Below are positions 61,366-64,000 of a DNA stretch of 64,000 nt, in pieces. Below the pieces are notes generated by a model, which saw only the letters and a program-made list of their open reading frames with translations, was not told where the DNA came from and searched no databases. Made by a program: the position numbers and the translations under genes. Numbering within the stretch: position 1 is the stretch's first letter; the number at the start of each line of letters is the position of its first letter. This DNA comes from an uncultured Chloroflexia bacterium (GTDB lineage Bacteria > Chloroflexota > Anaerolineae > CG2-30-64-16), in contig CAVZDU010000001.1 in NCBI GenBank assembly GCA_963774265.1, positions 256,001 to 320,000 of the forward strand, in the 5' to 3' direction.

Positions 61366-62565
61366 GTGCGGCTCCACCACCTCTCGCTGACGAACTTCCG
61401 CAATTACACGCGGCTGGAGCTAAGCCTCCCCGCTCGCCTGAGCGTGTTCCAGGGCGGTAACGCCCAGGGCAAAACCAACCTCCTGGAAGCAATCCATCTG
61501 CTGGCCACCGCCCGATCGCCCCGGGCGGCGGCCGAGCGCGAGCTGATTAACTGGCTGGCGCTGGAAGGCCCCTTGCCCTACGCGCGGCTGACGGCCGAGA
61601 TCGGTGACGGGGATACGGTGGACCGGCTGGAGCTGGTGCTGGAGCTAAGCACCAATGGCGGCGGTCTCGGCCCCCTGGTGCGCAAACAGGTGCGCATCAA
61701 CGGAGTCGCCAAGCGCGGTCTCGATCTGATCGGCAGGCTGCGTGTGGTGTTATTCCTGCCTGAGGACGTCAGCCTGGTGGCGGGTGCTCCGGGAGAGCGC
61801 CGGCGCTACCTCGATATCGCGCTCTGCCAGATCGATCACGCGTACTGCCGCGCGCTCACACAATATAACAAGGTCCTCGCACAGCGCAACGCACTGCTTA
61901 AGCGGTTGCGCGATGAAGGTGGCGACGCAGGACAATTGACCTTCTGGGATGAACAGATGGCAGGGCACGGAGCTCGCGTGCTGGGCCGGCGAGCGCGCGC
62001 CGTTTACAGCCTGGATGATCTGGCGCGGACTCGGCACCGGGAACTGTCGGGCGGCTCAGAGTGGCTGGCGCTGACCTATCTGCCCAGTCCAGCGCAGCCG
62101 GCAGCAGCCGCCAGGCAGGAGGACGCGGCGAATGGGCTTGCCTACGCCGAAATACCGCTCGAACAGATGGCGGAGTCATTGACCGCGCACCTGCGTGCGC
62201 AACGCCTCCGCGACATCGCAGCAGGTACTACGCTGTCCGGACCGCACCGCGACGATCTCGCGTTCCTGGCTGACGGCCGCGACTTGCGCACCTACGGCTC
62301 ACGCGGGCAGCAGCGAACCGCGGTGCTGGCCACGAAACTGGCAGAAGTCCAAATGATGCGCGAGGTCACCGGCGAAAGCCCGCTCTTGCTCCTGGACGAT
62401 GTCATGTCTGAGTTGGATGGGGCGAGGCGACACGCCATGCTGGATGCGCTGGCTGGGGTCGATCAGGCGTTGGTGACAGCCACGGATTGGTCCGATTTCA
62501 GCGAGGAGTTGCTGGCGCACTCCCGCCGCTATCACGTAGACGCAGGTCGCTTGACTGAAACCTAA
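61366..62565 (+). CDS. recF: DNA replication/repair protein RecF
   Basis: NFRNY, GGNAQGKTNLLEA, GPHRDDL, GSRGQQR and LLLDDVMSELD motifs. Confidence 0.97.
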   Translation: MRLHHLSLTNFRNYTRLELSLPARLSVFQGGNAQGKTNLLEAIHLLATARSPRAAAERELINWLALEGPLPYARLTAEIGDGDTVDRLELVLELSTNGGGLGPLVRKQVRINGVAKRGLDLIGRLRVVLFLPEDVSLVAGAPGERRRYLDIALCQIDHAYCRALTQYNKVLAQRNALLKRLRDEGGDAGQLTFWDEQMAGHGARVLGRRARAVYSLDDLARTRHRELSGGSEWLALTYLPSPAQPAAAARQEDAANGLAYAEIPLEQMAESLTAHLRAQRLRDIAAGTTLSGPHRDDLAFLADGRDLRTYGSRGQQRTAVLATKLAEVQMMREVTGESPLLLLDDVMSELDGARRHAMLDALAGVDQALVTATDWSDFSEELLAHSRRYHVDAGRLTET

Positions 62566-62595
62566 AAGGCCCGAAATCATCCCGGGCCAACCGCC

Positions 62596-63373
62596 TCAGG
62601 TGGCCTCTTCCTCGGCCTCTTCCACGGGCTTGCATCCCAGGGGATGCTTATGCGGCAGGCCCCGTCCGCGCGGATAACCATCCGGCGTTTGCGCAACCTT
62701 GTCGATCACGACAAGCACGCGCGTCTCGGCGAGTCCGGGGATTTCAACCGGGATCAGCTTGGTCAAGTGGCCGCCAAGGGTGCGGATGCCCTGCTCCGCG
62801 CACATCGCCTCTTCGTGCGCGGCCGAGCCCTTGTAAGCCACCACGCGGCCACCCCGCCGGGCCAGGGGCAGCAGGTATTCCACCAACGTGGGCAGCGTGG
62901 CGACCGCGCGCGCCAACACCAGGTCGTAACCTGCCCGGTGCGGCTCCTTGAGCCCAAGCTCCTCTGCACGACCCTGGACCAACTGTACGTCGTTGAACCC
63001 CAGTTTCCGGGCCACATGCTCCAGGAAACGCACCTTTTTCCCTGTCGCCTCGATCAGGCAGATGCGCGCCCGGGGCCACACGATCCGCAGCGCCAGGCCG
63101 GGAAAGCCTGCGCCAGCGCCAACGTCGACCATGCGCAGGTTGCGCGGCAAGCAGCGCAGGGGCGGAGATGCCCTCCTGGCTGGCCAGGGCCGGGATAAGC
63201 GCGAGCGAGTCGAGAAAATGGCGCGTTTCAACTTGCTCCGGCTCGGTGATCGCGGTGAGGTTGAACTGTTGGTTCCATTCCAACAGCTCCTGGCTATAGA
63301 CGTAAAATGCGGCGAGCTGTGCCGGCGAGAGGTTGAGGCCCAGTTGCGCCGCGCCAGAGAGTAGGCGTTCCAT
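62596..63373 (-). CDS. rsmG: 16S rRNA m7G527 methyltransferase; frameshift near 63160
   Basis: WNQQFNLTAI, HFLDSL, DVGAGAGFPG, GRAEE and ARAVA motifs. Confidence 0.95.
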
Positions 63374-63396
63374 CGCCCAATATTCTACCACGTATT

Positions 63397-64000
63397 CTAC
63401 GGATTGGATGCGCCAACGCCTGCCGGCACGCCCATGCCCCGCGCGGCAATCATCCCTGGCGCCCAAATATCGGGGCCCATCGCCAGCACCGCGCAGGCGT
63501 GCCGCCAGAAGGGTGTGCACCCGGGATCGGCGCTCTCTGCCAACCACACGGCGTTCAACGGCGGCAGGGACTGGACGGGCGAATCGCGATAAAGGGGACC
63601 TGCACACGCGCCCGGACTGACCATCACTGGCGCCCCTGCACTCAACGGCGGGACAATAACCTGCGCACGCTTCCGCTCCTCGACTGCTTCCGCCACACCA
63701 GCACTGCGCCCTGCGTGCCACTCGCCCGTCGCCACCTGCTTCAGCTCTTCAAGCTCCAGATACAACACATCACCCGGCCGTGCGATCATCCCCGCAGCCA
63801 TCGCTTCCTCAGCCGCCGCGGCCGACCAATGCTGCGCCGCGGCCATCACCGTGGTCAGCGCATCCCAGGCCACATCGGCTGTGCGCATCATGGCGTGCAC
63901 CTGGTGCAACAGGTCCTCCGTTTGCCGGAAGCGTCCGCTATCCAGTCGACCTCGGATCTCGGCCAGGGCCACCCTGCGCTGATCCGCGGCGCTTTCAGGC
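63397..64000 (-). CDS. C-terminal part of a protein with a PEP-utilising mobile (swivel) domain; 5' end outside the window
   Basis: DVLYLELEEL, VSPG, ADPG and AARGMGVPA resemble the C-terminus of PEP synthase/rifampin phosphotransferase. Confidence 0.65.
   Translation of the reverse strand, partial: PESAADQRRVALAEIRGRLDSGRFRQTEDLLHQVHAMMRTADVAWDALTTVMAAAQHWSAAAAEEAMAAGMIARPGDVLYLELEELKQVATGEWHAGRSAGVAEAVEERKRAQVIVPPLSAGAPVMVSPGACAGPLYRDSPVQSLPPLNAVWLAESADPGCTPFWRHACAVLAMGPDIWAPGMIAARGMGVPAGVGASNP

Overview
A high-GC bacterial chromosomal window, probably Chloroflexota (Anaerolineae-like). This assignment is inferred from gene content: a T-box leader, TPR and Wzz genes in a glycan locus, and a C-terminal xLPL-type motif on a secreted protein. 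Many single-base frameshifts in conserved genes look like long-read consensus errors. The window has five blocks. (1) 1-31.2 kb: a Wzx/Wzy-type surface-polysaccharide locus (nucleotide-sugar dehydrogenase, rfbA, bifunctional Fkp, Wzz, flippase, polymerase, glycosyltransferases, wecB, epimerases, a WecA-like initiating transferase, a CapD-like dehydratase). It has a visibly lower-GC core, an IS remnant and two toxin-antitoxin modules. An rfbA/fkp chimeric duplicate leaves wzz between ~460-bp direct repeats. (2) 31.2-42.6 kb: a glutamate/2-oxoglutarate cluster with three glutamate dehydrogenases, a GntR regulator and korAB. Two of the dehydrogenases are near-identical direct repeats enclosing a GAF histidine kinase, an OmpR/KdpE-like regulator and an unknown protein. 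(3) 42.9-49.2 kb: T-box plus archaeal-type aspS, an RluA-methyltransferase fusion, DegV, a radical SAM protein and a CDF transporter. (4) 49.4-59.7 kb: an acyl-ligase/ACP/acyltransferase/ABC-exporter cluster. (5) dnaN, recF and rsmG. Best leads: the two-component cassette bracketed by twin gdh genes, the repeat-flanked wzz, structured leaders before gdh3 and dnaN, small palindromic or heptamer repeats sitting in frame inside proteins, and the lipid-acylation/export cluster. No CRISPR array, rRNA or tRNA was seen.
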